A DNA stretch of 64,000 nt from an uncultured Chloroflexia bacterium (GTDB taxonomy: Bacteria; Chloroflexota; Limnocylindria; QHBO01), in the NCBI GenBank assembly GCA_963814375.1, contig CAWFCQ010000004.1:192001-256000 (forward strand), given 5' to 3'. Shown here piece by piece: positions 41,200-49,767 of the stretch. Within the stretch, counting starts at the first letter, position 1. Each line of letters opens with the position of its first letter. The position numbers were made by a program, and so were the translations under genes. The notes beneath the pieces are model-generated. The model did no database searches, was not told the origin of the DNA, and saw only the letters and a list, made by a program, of their open reading frames with translations.

Positions 41200-42035
41200 G
41201 CTGCGCTGGCCGCTCGTCGGTGCGCGTTGACACGGTCACGCCACGCCAGGAAGGCGCGGCCATCCTCCACGCGCCAATCCGGCCCACCGAAGCCGAGGGT
41301 GAACTGCGTGAATCCCAGCTCGAGGTATCGATCCGCGTCCTCGCGCAGGAAGCGGTCGATGTCGTCCGGCTGGAGGCCAACGCTCCACTCGATCTCGTAC
41401 GGGTCGCGGCCGATCGCCGTGCAATGGCCGATCAGCGCATCGACGGCGGGACGCACCTCGTCCAGCGAGTCCGGGAAGAAGGCGTGCCAGGCATCGGCGT
41501 GGCGGGCGACGATCGGCAGCGTCAGCTGGAGGCCGACGCCGGCGATCAGGATCGGCATGCGCCGCATCGGAGGAGGGTTGAGCGTCGCCAGGCGCTCGAT
41601 GATCTCGGGCACCGCACGGCCCAGCGCCCGGATCCGGCTGGCCCTCGTCCCGTATTCGTACCCGTAGCGCTCGTAGTCGCGTTGGAACCACCCGGCGCCG
41701 ATGCCCATGATCACGCGACCACCGCTGACGTGGTCGACAGTCCGCGCGATGTCGGCGTGGAAGTTCGGGTTGCGGTACGAGTTGCAGGCGACCAGCGGGC
41801 CGATCTCGATCCGTGAGGTCGCCTCCGCCCAGGCAGCGAGGAGGGACCAACACTCGAAGTGCTTGCCGTCCGGCTCACCATCGAGCGGGCTGAAGTGATC
41901 CCACGTGTAGAGGATGTCGTAGCCGAGCACCTCGCTGCGGATGGCGGAGGCGCGAATGTCGCGCCAGTCGCCGTGCTGCGGATGGAGCTGGGCCGCGATT
42001 CTGACCGGTCGGGTCGCATGGAGTGGTTGTTTCAT
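41196..42035 (-). CDS. LLM-class F420-dependent oxidoreductase
   Basis: QLHPQH, WDHF, ECWSLLAAWAE, CNSYRNP, GIGAGWF. Confidence 0.9.
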   Translation of the reverse strand: MKQPLHATRPVRIAAQLHPQHGDWRDIRASAIRSEVLGYDILYTWDHFSPLDGEPDGKHFECWSLLAAWAEATSRIEIGPLVACNSYRNPNFHADIARTVDHVSGGRVIMGIGAGWFQRDYERYGYEYGTRASRIRALGRAVPEIIERLATLNPPPMRRMPILIAGVGLQLTLPIVARHADAWHAFFPDSLDEVRPAVDALIGHCTAIGRDPYEIEWSVGLQPDDIDRFLREDADRYLELGFTQFTLGFGGPDWRVEDGRAFLAWRDRVNAHRRAASAA

Positions 42036-42045
42036 GCGTCTCATG

Positions 42046-42074
42046 CTTGACCTTCCCCCAAGGGGAAAGTCAAG
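42046..42074. promoter_or_regulatory. MerR-type operator/divergent promoter
   Basis: CTTGACCTTCCCC-CAA-GGGGAAAGTCAAG dyad containing TTGAC -35 elements on both strands. Confidence 0.8.
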
Positions 42075-42086
42075 GTATGAGGCAAC

Positions 42087-42878
42087 ATGTTCCCGATCGG
42101 CCGATTCGCCCGCCTCGGCGGCCTCAGCGCCAAGCAGCTGCGCGCCTACGACGCGCTCGGCATTTTTCGGCCGGTGTGGGTCGATCCGTCGAGCGCGTAT
42201 CGCTACTACTCTCCGGCGCAGCTGCCGGAGCTGCGTCGCATCCTCGCCCTGCGTCAGCTCGGGATGCCGCTCGACGAGATCGGCGAGCTGATCCGTGGCG
42301 GCGACCTGCGTACGGCGCTCTCCCGAAGACGCAAGGAGCTGGAGCGGGAGCGCCGCCTCGTCGAGGAGCGGCTGGCAGCCCTGGACATCAGCGTCGGGGA
42401 CACAGATGTCGTCGTCCGCCCGGTGGCCGTGGAGCCGGTGGCCGTCATGCGGGTCGACGACGCCGTCGAGCACGCGTTCGACGAGCTCGAGGCGTACGTC
42501 CGCGACCTCGGCCGCAGGGCGCATCGCCCTCCCGGCGCCATCCCGTCGCGGCGCGAGATCTTCGTGCCGGTCACCGGTCCGATCGCCGAGTCCGACCGCG
42601 TCTCGTATCGGCGGTTGCCGGCGGCGCGGGTCGCATCGGTCATCCATCGGGGCCCGTACGAGGGCATCGCGCGCGCTCGCGAGGCGCTGCTGCGGTGGGT
42701 GGAAGCCTCCGGCCTGGCGCCGGCAGGACCGATGCGGACGCTCTACCTCCAGTTCGGCGCCGATCCCGCCCTCGGCCTCCCACCCGGCTGGGTGGTTGAG
42801 CGATCCGAGGACCTCGTCACCGAGCTCCAGCTTCCCGTGACAGACGCTTCGGAATTCGCGCGCAGTCCTGAGGTCTGA
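42087..42878 (+). CDS. MerR-family regulator with GyrI-like effector domain
   Basis: IGRFARLGGLSAKQLRAYD..YRYYS; HRGPYE. Confidence 0.9.
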   Translation: MFPIGRFARLGGLSAKQLRAYDALGIFRPVWVDPSSAYRYYSPAQLPELRRILALRQLGMPLDEIGELIRGGDLRTALSRRRKELERERRLVEERLAALDISVGDTDVVVRPVAVEPVAVMRVDDAVEHAFDELEAYVRDLGRRAHRPPGAIPSRREIFVPVTGPIAESDRVSYRRLPAARVASVIHRGPYEGIARAREALLRWVEASGLAPAGPMRTLYLQFGADPALGLPPGWVVERSEDLVTELQLPVTDASEFARSPEV

Positions 42879-42925
42879 TACGATCCGGACCTGCTCAATT
42901 GAGCACGAAACCGGCGCAATCGAGT

Positions 42926-43002
42926 GGGCGGCTAGCTCAGCTGGTTAGAGCACTTGCTTGACATGCAAGAGGTCACTGGTTCGAGTCCAGTGTCGCCCAC
43001 CA
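42926..43002 (+). tRNA. tRNA-Val(GAC)
   Basis: Cloverleaf with anticodon arm CTTGC-TTGACAT-GCAAG, TTCGAGT loop, encoded CCA. Confidence 0.96.
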
Positions 43003-43077
43003 AGACACCGATCTGAGCACGAAAATGACCGCCATCACGGCGGTCTCGCGGCTTCCGGGCGTGGCAAGCCCGATGCG

Positions 43078-43335
43078 ATGTCCTTCGACATGGGACGCCG
43101 CTGGTGGTTCTTCATCATCCCGCTTGGCCACATCGCCATTTTCGCGGTGTACTGGTTCCTGAGCTATGACCCAGCCGGCACCGTCATGTCGGTCCTGTTC
43201 GCCGTTGCCATCGCGGTCATGGGCTTCACCTTGCTCCCCACCATCCGCGACGTGGGACCGACCGCACCGGTCGATGAGGATTGGGATCGGAATCGGTCGG
43301 AGTCAGCCGAAGCCGCGGAGCCGGCCGACCGGTAG
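43078..43335 (+). CDS. Small two-TM membrane protein
   Basis: Two hydrophobic helices and an acidic tail. Confidence 0.65.
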   Translation: MSFDMGRRWWFFIIPLGHIAIFAVYWFLSYDPAGTVMSVLFAVAIAVMGFTLLPTIRDVGPTAPVDEDWDRNRSESAEAAEPADR

Positions 43336-43470
43336 GCTGGGCAAGGCATCGCGTTTTCCAATCCGTCACCAAGCGGAACGCCTTGCGTCGGCAACGCGCT
43401 CGCCGGTGGCCCGCCAAGTGGTCGGCTGTCCCGCGCGGGAGGGAAGGATGCGTCGGGGGCGCGGCGGCCT

Positions 43471-43963
43471 CTAGTTTGCGGCCGCCTCCGTAGTTCGCTC
43501 GCGGAGCAGGAAAATTCCTACGCCGAGCATGATGCCGCCCCAGACCAGGAAACCGATGTCGTAGAGGAGCTCGTCTGGGCCGGGCCGCACGTGGTGCACG
43601 CCCAACAGGTGGTGGTCTACCAAGCCCTCGACGACGTTGAAAGCGCCCCATCCGGCGAGCATGCCCCCGACGAGGTGGGACCAGCCCAGGGAGGCACCAC
43701 TCCGCACCCCTCCCCAAATGAGCACGACCCCAATCAACGTGAAGACCCAGGTCGCGGCATGAAAGAGCCCATCAGCGAGCGTATTCAGCTCGAGATTCGC
43801 GATTGAGTTGGGGGGCGTGTGAGCCGACAGCATGTGGTGCCACTGCAGGATCTGGTGCAGCACGATGCCGTCGAAGAAGCCACCGAGCCCGAGCCCTAGC
43901 AAGATCGTACCGGCGGTAACGAGCGACCCGCCAGAGACCTGCGACTCGAGCCCGGTGCTCCAC
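43471..43963 (-). CDS. DUF2243 membrane protein (start uncertain; possible frameshift near 43960)
   Basis: GGFFDGIVLHQILQWHHM, DGLFH, GWGAFNVVEG..HHLLGVHHV. Confidence 0.85.
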
Positions 43964-43968
43964 CGACT

Positions 43969-44448
43969 CTAGGCGCTGGCGATCTGGACCGCGAAGTCGG
44001 CCAGGCTCTTGCCCAGCTCGTCCGCGCCGGCCTTGATCTCGCGCTTCATCCTGGTGGCCGCATCGCGGAGATCAGTGTCCTTGCGATCGCGGGCGATCTT
44101 GATGACCGCATCGGCGCTGTCCTGCTGCTTGCGCTTCAGGTTGAGGAGCACCGCATGCGCCTCGTAGGCCTCGCTCTCCTCGCTGTCGGCCTTGGATGCC
44201 GTCTCCTCTGCCAGGGTCGATAGGGCCTCGGCCACCTCTTCCCGCTTGCCAGCGGCGCCGAATGGCTTTCCGAACTTGACGAGCTGGTCGAGGTGGCGCT
44301 GGTCGATCTTGCCCGCGGCTTGGAGCTGACGCTTGACCTTCGCGACCGGGTGCTTCGTCGCCAGTTGCTTCCCGGTTTCGACGATGGTGGTCTGGATCGC
44401 GATGGCCTCGTCGAACTCGTGCTTGATGAACTCGGTCCCCGCTGGCAT
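43969..44448 (-). CDS. Helical-bundle (ferritin-like?) hypothetical protein
   Basis: GGGAGGAG RBS; all-helical 159 aa. Confidence 0.75.
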   Translation of the reverse strand: MPAGTEFIKHEFDEAIAIQTTIVETGKQLATKHPVAKVKRQLQAAGKIDQRHLDQLVKFGKPFGAAGKREEVAEALSTLAEETASKADSEESEAYEAHAVLLNLKRKQQDSADAVIKIARDRKDTDLRDAATRMKREIKAGADELGKSLADFAVQIASA

Positions 44449-44500
44449 GACTGTTTCTCCTCCCGATGATTCATGGGGGGCGGCTGCCCGAGCCCCGTAA

Positions 44501-44544
44501 AGCAGGGGCTGTGCCAGCCCGCTGAATTTGGCACAGCGGTTGCT
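44501..44544. promoter_or_regulatory. Back-to-back sigma54 promoters
   Basis: Minus TGGCAC-AGCCC-CTGCT (44516-44501); plus TGGCAC-AGCGG-TTGCT (44529-44544). Confidence 0.75.
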
Positions 44545-44665
44545 TTTAGAGCCCGTCGACAAGAACAGCGTTCGGAGGGGATGGACGTGGCTCTTGCACC
44601 CACCAAACGGCACGACCGGCCGGACGACCACTGGCTTGGAGCGCCGTAGGCTGCTCCGCCGACTC

Positions 44666-44821
44666 ATGATTACGTGTCCCGTCACTGGAGCGGCGACCGA
44701 CACCGGACTTGACCTGTTCGATGTGCCTGAGGTCGGCACCAGACCGCAGCTCTTGATCGATTGCCTCGAGTGCGGGCAGGACCACCTTTGGAACATCGAT
44801 GAGGTAGTGGTCGACAACTAG
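44666..44821 (+). CDS. Small Zn-ribbon protein (may start at 44581 through a frameshift)
   Basis: ITCPVTG..CLECGQDHLW. Confidence 0.7.
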   Translation: MITCPVTGAATDTGLDLFDVPEVGTRPQLLIDCLECGQDHLWNIDEVVVDN

Positions 44822-44897
44822 GCTGACTTGGCTCTCACGCCCGTAGCGCGGTGAGGAATTTGGGGGAGTAGCATCGAGTCGTCTAGGGTCTCTCAGC

Positions 44898-45122
44898 TTG
44901 ACCCTGGCAGGAGGCCAGACCTTGTCGGATGCAACCCCAACCGAGGGCAATCGGAGTCCTAAGGGTGGATGGAAGCGTGCCGGGTTGGCCGCCTTGGCGG
45001 TATTCCTGATCTTCCTGGTGCTGTACGTCGTCGGAGTGATCCCACAGACCGGCGCGTGGGCGGCCGCTTGGATGCCATTCGCGGCGGTGGCGGGGTGGCT
45101 AGGGTACCGCGGCACAATCTGA
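44898..45122 (+). CDS. Small membrane protein
   Basis: Two hydrophobic segments; start uncertain. Confidence 0.45.
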   Translation: MTLAGGQTLSDATPTEGNRSPKGGWKRAGLAALAVFLIFLVLYVVGVIPQTGAWAAAWMPFAAVAGWLGYRGTI

Positions 45123-45189
45123 CAAGCCATTGCCCTGGCATCCTGCTCTCCGCAGTTGTTCCGAAGTCAGGCGACGCCATGATCGGTGC

Positions 45190-45491
45190 GTGACGGACGG
45201 AATTGCCTGGAGTCGAGCGCTCATCGTCGGCCTAACAGTCGGCCTCGGCTTCGCCGTGATCGGAACGCTGAGCGCTGTCGCCGGGACCCTTGCAGAGCGG
45301 GAGTGGACCGAGTACTTCTTCAACTTTCTGATCGAAGCAGCCCTCTACGTCCCGATTGCAGTTGTGACTTCAGCGATCGCGATGAAGCTTCGACCCAATT
45401 GGGGGTGTGGTGCGCTGGGCTGTGCCGCAGTCCTTGGAGTCTTCACGTGGGAGGAGTAGTCATCGCCCTGATCGTCCCCCTCCTCAGCTAG
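45190..45491 (+). CDS. Small membrane protein (probable frameshift near 45450)
   Basis: Three hydrophobic helices; the last continues GGVVIALIVPLLS in an alternate frame. Confidence 0.5.
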
Positions 45492-45764
45492 CCGGGAGGA
45501 TTGCGTCTGGATTGCTGCGGATGTAGCGCTTGTCGCCCGGGTCCGGCTCGACTAGTTCGCATTTGCGGAGAGCTAGAGGACTCAAGGTCGCGGCGATTGG
45601 CAGTCGCTCGGAGCGGCATTGGGCTACGACGCGGGTCTTGTCTGCGAATTGACAAGTCTCACGTCGGCCATCGGCTATGCATCTAGCGTCCCAAAGCCAA
45701 ACCTCGACAGAACATCTCGGCCAGCGCAGACTGCGCGTACCAGCCGGGACGGAGGAATTTGGGC

Positions 45765-46705
45765 ATGAGCGACACACCACTTGCCATCAAGGTCGCAGGG
45801 GAAGGCACTCGGGCCCACGCGTCCGCGTGGACCTCAGACGACGAGACGTGGATCAAGCAGCTGAGCGATTCCGAGAAGGTGGTTCGGATCCGGATCCCCG
45901 CGGATTCAGACTCAGACACCGAGGGTCACGCGATCTCGACCGCCGTGACCGTATTCGTCGACGCGGACGATGACGACACCGAAGGCCATACGCTGAGGCT
46001 GCACTTCCCGTCGGTTCATGAAGCGAACGACTTCCGTCGGAATCTGATGGCCGCGGGGCTGCTCACCGCGACCCTGGCGGTCGGCGCGGCAGGTGGAGCG
46101 GCAATCGGCATGGCCGCCTCCGGCATCGACGCGAACGAAGCCAGCATCGTCTCGAGTGTGGGCCAGTACGATCCCGCCAACATGGGTGGCACCATCACCA
46201 CCTCGGCTGCCAGCTTGGGCCAGGCCGATCCGGCCAACATGGGTGGCACCATCACGACCTCGGCTGCCAGCTTGGGCCAGGCCGATCCGGCCAACATGGG
46301 TGGCACCATCGCGCCAGCGGCTGCTAGCTTGGGCCAGGCCGATCCGGCCAACATGGGTGGCACCATGCACGTCGGCCGCCAGCTTGGGCCAGGCCGATCC
46401 GGCCAACATGGGTGGCACCATCGCGCCAGCGGCCGCCAGCTTGGGCCAGGCCGATCCGGCCAACATGGGTGGCACCATCGCGCCAGCGGCCGCCAGCTTG
46501 GGCCAGGCCGATCCGGCCAACATGGGTGGCACCATGCACGTCGGCCGCCAGCTTGGGCCAGGCCGATCCGGCCAACATGGGTGGCACCATCACGTCGGCC
46601 GCCAGCTTGGGCCAGGCCGATCCGGCCAACATGGGTGGCACGCCGCCGTCGGACACCAGCAGCGAGGAGGACGCCCCGCCGTCGACCCCGCCTGGCATCC
46701 GTTAA
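45765..46705 (+). CDS. Membrane-anchored tandem-repeat protein (2x DTEGH, TM, 9x SLGQADPANMGGT), two frameshifts
   Basis: GGAGGA RBS; removing the extra G in two 'atgcacg' units gives a continuous 312-aa ORF ending at TAA 46705. Confidence 0.7.
46155..46642 (+). repeat. Coding tandem repeat: 9 copies of a 39-bp core, period 57/55/54 bp
   Basis: Cores AGCTTGGGCCAGGCCGATCCGGCCAACATGGGTGGCACC at 46155 (degenerate), 46212, 46269, 46326, 46381, 46438, 46495, 46550, 46604. Confidence 0.95.
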
Positions 46706-46801
46706 GCAGCCCAGAGGGTCACTCGGGCGGCTTTCTTAGACCTGCGTGACGACCCGCCGAGCGCTTTGAGCAATCCATAGCCGCTTGACGGCCGAGGACC
46801 G

Positions 46802-47752
46802 TCACAGCCACCCACGCCATTTGGCCGCGATGAGCGTGCCGGCGGCCATCGCCAGCATCGCGCCGATCACAACCCAGAAGAGGTCGGGCTGGTCGAACAG
46901 CGGGACCTTGAAGTTCATGCCCATGACGCCGGCCAGGACGACCGACGGCAGGAGGATCACCGACGCGAGCGTCAGGATCCGCATGGTGTCGTTCGTCCGC
47001 TGCGCCATGCGCGTCATGTGGATGTCGAACGTGCCGATCAGCATCTCGCGAACGTTGCTGATCGCATCGCCGGCGCGTTCGAGCCGCTTGGCGACGGCCA
47101 CGAACGCGTCGGCATGCTCGGCCATCGACGCCGGCAGGAAGTCCGGCCGGGACAGCTCGGCGGCCAGGTCCCGATGCGGGATCAGGATGCGGCGCACGCG
47201 CGCGATGCGGCGACGAACCTGCACCAGCCTATCGACGAGGTCGCGCTCGGTGCGCAGCGCCGCGTCATCGAGCCTGTCGACGATACGCTCAAGCTCGGCC
47301 GCGGCATTGAAGAAGGTGTCGACATGCCAGTCCATGATCGAGGCCATGAACTCCACCGACGTGAGGCGCCCGACCTCGCGCTGGTCCTGGATCAGCTCGC
47401 GGTGAGCGTCGAGGAACGGGACCGATTCAGCATGGTGTGTAACCACCCAGCCCTCGCCGGCGAGGATGCGCATTGGCACCGGATCGGCCTCGAGGTCGTC
47501 GGCCTGCGTCAGGAGGACGACTTCCACGGCGCCGTCATGGATGCTGGCGGCCGGCCAGTCCGCGTCGTCAAGCAGCCGCGCGGCGAGGTCGTCGCCGATG
47601 CCCAACGCGCGGGCGATCGCGTGGGGGTCGTCGGGCTCGTCGGCATCGACCCACAGCAGCTCGTCGGCGGCGAGCGGTCGCGACTCCCATTCGGCGATGT
47701 CGACCGCCTCGTCGGTACCGTCGGCCCTGCAGAAAAGTGCCGTGATGCTCAT
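46802..47752 (-). CDS. CorA-family divalent cation transporter
   Basis: LLWVD, NDTMRILT, GVMGMNF. Confidence 0.92.
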   Translation of the reverse strand: MSITALFCRADGTDEAVDIAEWESRPLAADELLWVDADEPDDPHAIARALGIGDDLAARLLDDADWPAASIHDGAVEVVLLTQADDLEADPVPMRILAGEGWVVTHHAESVPFLDAHRELIQDQREVGRLTSVEFMASIMDWHVDTFFNAAAELERIVDRLDDAALRTERDLVDRLVQVRRRIARVRRILIPHRDLAAELSRPDFLPASMAEHADAFVAVAKRLERAGDAISNVREMLIGTFDIHMTRMAQRTNDTMRILTLASVILLPSVVLAGVMGMNFKVPLFDQPDLFWVVIGAMLAMAAGTLIAAKWRGWL

Positions 47753-47777
47753 CGGGAGCGCGTGCCGCGCCGACGGG

Positions 47778-47897
47778 TCACTTGCGCCATCGGCGAAGCC
47801 GACTCAGAAGCGCAGGCAGCGCTCGATACGCTCGTGTGCGATCGACGGCGAAGGTCACGAGAACGACGACGATGACGGGTGCCACCAACGCCTCCAC
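47778..47897 (-). CDS. Putative 39-aa single-TM microprotein
   Basis: VEALVAPVIVVVLVTFAVDRTRAYRALPALLSRLRRWRK fills the gap before corA. Confidence 0.45.
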   Translation of the reverse strand: MEALVAPVIVVVLVTFAVDRTRAYRALPALLSRLRRWRK

Positions 47898-47900
47898 GGC

Positions 47901-48080
47901 CTAGTTCTCGCTCGCCACGGTGATGATCGCCTCGTCGCGGCGCCATTCGTGGTCGGCCCCGCAACGGTCGCAGCCATTCAGGACGTTGACCGTTGGTAGC
48001 TCGTCCAGCTCATCGCGTGAGAGCCCGGTTGGCACCATGTCACCGGTAGTCGGGCAAGTAATCAGAACCACCGACCTCAC
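47901..48080 (-). CDS. Small Zn-ribbon protein, paralog of 44666-44821
   Basis: ITCPTTG..CDRCGADHEW; start uncertain. Confidence 0.7.
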   Translation of the reverse strand: MRSVVLITCPTTGDMVPTGLSRDELDELPTVNVLNGCDRCGADHEWRRDEAIITVASEN

Positions 48081-48198
48081 TCGAGGGCCCCAGTTTCCTC
48101 TAGCCGGCGGCAGCTTCCGGTGAGTGCAGATGGAGGTGGACCCCGGCCGACCCATCAGGGCACGTGAGTCATGGCCGTGGCCCCCTGTGTCCCTTCAA

Positions 48199-48214
48199 TG
48201 CAACCGGCGTGCCG
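48199..48214 (-). promoter_or_regulatory. Putative sigma54 promoter
   Basis: CGGCAC-GCCGG-TTGCA. Confidence 0.7.
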
Positions 48215-48234
48215 CTGCGGACACCGAGCAGGCG

Positions 48235-48471
48235 CTAGCCGCCGGCCAGCGTGTCCTCGCTCGGCGGCAGCGGCGGGCTGATCGGGAGCAAGTCCTCGAG
48301 GGATGCGAGTAGGCTCGCCGAGCTCACCTCGTTTTCAGGCGTGCACTCGGCCAGGTTGGGTTCGGTCCCCGGCGTGAACGGCCCATGTGCTCTCGCCAGC
48401 GAGCCGTCCTCGGCTCGAATGACCAGGTACGGCATGTTGTCGTAAATGACCCGCACGGCATCGGCGACCAT
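48235..48471 (-). CDS. Small hypothetical protein
   Basis: GAGG RBS; 78 aa. Confidence 0.6.
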   Translation of the reverse strand: MVADAVRVIYDNMPYLVIRAEDGSLARAHGPFTPGTEPNLAECTPENEVSSASLLASLEDLLPISPPLPPSEDTLAGG

Positions 48472-48492
48472 GGCTTCCTCGTAAATAGGGAA

Positions 48493-48527
48493 GAGACTGG
48501 GCCGCAAAAGCGCATTGGCCCAGTCTC
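48493..48527 (-). terminator. Hairpin with pyrimidine tail
   Basis: GAGACTGGGCC..GGCCCAGTCTC perfect 11-bp stem followed by TTCCCTATTT on the minus strand. Confidence 0.55.
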
Positions 48528-48646
48528 CGCTGTCCCCCGAGCGCGATCCCGTCCGGCCCTGCAGGGCTTTGCGAGCGGTCAGCTCACCGTGGCGGGTACG
48601 GCTCTCGGTTCAGCCTATTGCAGGATTGTGGCCAGTCCGGTCGCAG

Positions 48647-49238
48647 TTAGCGGTCGGAGCGGCTTGAACCACCCAGCAGTGAGCCGAGCAGGTCATCGAG
48701 GCCCTGTGACTGCGTTCGTGGCGTGGTCGTGGAGCCGGTGCTCCCACCGCCCAGGATCCCGCCCAAGAGGTCGTCGAGCCCGAACCCGCCGGCGCCACCG
48801 CTCTGCCGCTGCTTGCGCCCGAGCATGTTCATCACGATCGGGGCGAGCATGGAAAGCAGCGGACCGATGGTGCCCATGTCGAGGCCGCTCTTCTTGGCGA
48901 CTGCCTCCTCGGCCGCCGTCTGGCGATCACCGAGGGCGTGCTTCAGGATTCCGGTGCCGTCGGCGCGCCGACCACTGACGTTCCCGGCCAGGTAGTCGTC
49001 GAGGTCGTCGAGCAAGCTGCCGTCGTGATCTTCGGCGAGAGCGCGCGTCAGTCCGGGCGCGGCATTCGGGTCGGACGCCTCCGCCCCGAGTGCGCCGACC
49101 AAGAGCGGGAGGGCATCGTTGATTGCGCTCCGTGGTGCGATCGGGGTCAGCCCCGATCCGAGTGCTGATGCGCTGCACGCGCTCATCGGAGAGCTCGTCA
49201 TTGAGGCTATCGATCAGGGTCGCTGTTGGGGACGTCAT
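48647..49238 (-). CDS. DUF937 protein (frameshift near 49132)
   Basis: RISTRIGADP joined to AINDALPLLVGAL, HDGSLLD, GILKHALG, LAPIVM. Confidence 0.8.
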
Positions 49239-49393
49239 CGGATTACCTACTTTGCTGGGTTCGATCCAGCAGTCAATCGCAAGTCCGATGCCGCGGATCG
49301 AAATCGCTAGCCCCGGGTGCTCTCAGGAGCCAGCCCAGGAGACGCGATTCAACGCCCCGCGGAACGAACACGTGGACGACGAGGAATGCTGCC

Positions 49394-49675
49394 TCAGGCC
49401 CCCGGCAGGCGGCCGGTGGCCTGCTCGTACATCGCGGATGCACACTGGCCGCACCCCAAGCCATCGGTGAACTCGTGGGGCTCATCCTGCTCGACCTCTT
49501 CGACGGCGAGCACCTGGCCGCAGAGGGCCACGAGTTCGATCGCGCTCCCGGAGTGACGCTGCCATGCGATCCGGTGCCACGGTCCGCCTCCGTCCGGGCT
49601 GCCGGCCCACACGTGCGTCACCGGCTCGAGATCCGGAGAGGCACCCGCCACTGATGTCTCAGGTTCCTGCTCCAT
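49394..49675 (-). CDS. Small Cys/His hypothetical protein
   Basis: GGAGG RBS; WH..ALCG..CGQC. Confidence 0.6.
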   Translation of the reverse strand: MEQEPETSVAGASPDLEPVTHVWAGSPDGGGPWHRIAWQRHSGSAIELVALCGQVLAVEEVEQDEPHEFTDGLGCGQCASAMYEQATGRLPGA

Positions 49676-49767
49676 CGTCCACGCCCTCCAGTGTCTCCTC
49701 GGAGCGGACCTGACGCATGACCTGTGCCAGCGGCCCACCGCGACGCCGACACGCGCACGCCGAGTCG

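Noticed and set aside
46155-46642. CRISPR-like array (39-bp repeat with variable spacers)
   Set aside because: Spacers are only 15-18 nt and recur, the period is mostly a multiple of 3 inside an ORF, and no cas genes are present
43003-49300. Prophage or integrative element at tRNA-Val
   Set aside because: No integrase or phage genes; GGTTCGATCCAG near 49258 is too weak to be an att duplication
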